DNA from: an uncultured delta proteobacterium
GTDB taxonomy: Bacteria > Myxococcota_A > UBA9160 > SZUA-336
Assembly (NCBI GenBank): GCA_963704165.1
Contig: CAVPHD010000003.1
Location: 64,001-128,000, forward strand
DNA: 64,000 nucleotides
Direction of reading: 5' to 3'
The notes under the pieces: generated by a model
Databases searched by the model: none
The model's input: only the letters and a program-made list of their open reading frames with translations
Told to the model about the DNA's origin: nothing
Program-made: the position numbers and the translations under genes
Part shown: positions 63,493 through 64,000 of the stretch, piece after piece
Layout: each line of letters begins with the position of its first letter
How positions within the stretch are numbered: position 1 is the first letter of the stretch

Positions 63493-64000
63493 ATGGCCCA
63501 CGGCTACCTCCTGTCGCTCGTTGCGCTCGTCGCTCTCACGGCCGCCGATCGGGCGCAGGCGCAGCCGGTGGAGTCTGGTACTAGCGGCCACTTCTACGAG
63601 TTCGTACCCGCAAGTCTCGCTTGGGACGACGCACGTCTCGCCGCGGAGAGCGCAGTCTTCATGGGTGTGAACGGGCATCTGGCCACGATCACCTCGCAGG
63701 CCGAGAACGACTTCCTGCTCTCGATCGCGCCAGCGCCAACGGCGGCCTTTCTTGGCGGCTGGATCGGAATGCTGGTCGCTTCTTCGACGGAGTGGGTGAC
63801 CGGTGAGCTCGTCACGTACCAGAACTGGGGCGGAATCGAACCGAACAACTCGCCGGGTCGAGGCTACATGCACATCGGCACGTCGTCCTTCGCGAACATC
63901 GACGTCGGAGAGTGGGCCGATGCGGCCAATGGACTGATCGCGGGTGGGGACCCCGTCATCGGCTACTTCGTGGAATACGACGTGTCCGTCGGGCCCCTGC
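63493..64000 (+). CDS. Secreted protein with C-type lectin-like domain, 3' end outside window
   Basis: Not in the ORF track. MAHGYLLSLVALVALTAADRAQA-QPV...GHFYEFV...WDDARLAA...GHLATITSQAENDFL...WIG...WVTGE...YQNWGGIEPNN...EWAD...YFVEY; SD GAGGAG. Confidence 0.88.
   Translation, partial: MAHGYLLSLVALVALTAADRAQAQPVESGTSGHFYEFVPASLAWDDARLAAESAVFMGVNGHLATITSQAENDFLLSIAPAPTAAFLGGWIGMLVASSTEWVTGELVTYQNWGGIEPNNSPGRGYMHIGTSSFANIDVGEWADAANGLIAGGDPVIGYFVEYDVSVGPL

Larger units (their letters stand above)
61141..64000. mobile_element. Left end of a tRNA-Glu-anchored genomic island (degenerate)
   Basis: Integrase remnant at the tRNA 3' end; accessory genes; visibly more A/T-rich than the core region. 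Confidence 0.6.

Overview
High-GC Gram-negative chromosomal segment. The gene content (DUF4388 proteins, MJ0042-type zinc-ribbon protein, 7TM-HD phosphodiesterase, LpxI, DUF370) suggests Myxococcota/deltaproteobacteria (inference). Most of 1-61 kb is housekeeping, largely on the minus strand: the 5' part of a cytochrome c oxidase operon; rel-gmk-DUF370-yicC; a large LPS core/lipid A/BAM/Lol cluster with bioB embedded; lysS-prfB; lnt-ybeY-pgpH-phoH; murJ/rpsT/holA/lptE; nusB-ribH-ribD-nrdR-glyA-fab-rpmF-yceD; gltX with tRNA-Gln(CTG) and tRNA-Glu(CTC). After tRNA-Glu an accessory island begins: a decayed integrase, two tandem LuxR-type regulators and a divergent secreted C-type-lectin-domain protein. 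About 20 small insertions break essential genes and look like long-read assembly errors, so several apparent gene fusions are artefacts. Best leads: (1) an A-family heme-copper oxidase subunit I that keeps its catalytic residues but lacks the K-channel Lys/Thr/Ser and has new intramembrane glutamates, co-encoded with an unannotated 37-aa membrane protein and a di-heme cytochrome c; (2) a ~260-nt highly structured intergenic element after tRNA-Gln (candidate ncRNA); (3) the paired-LuxR/operator/lectin module. All calls are by eye; no database searches were run.
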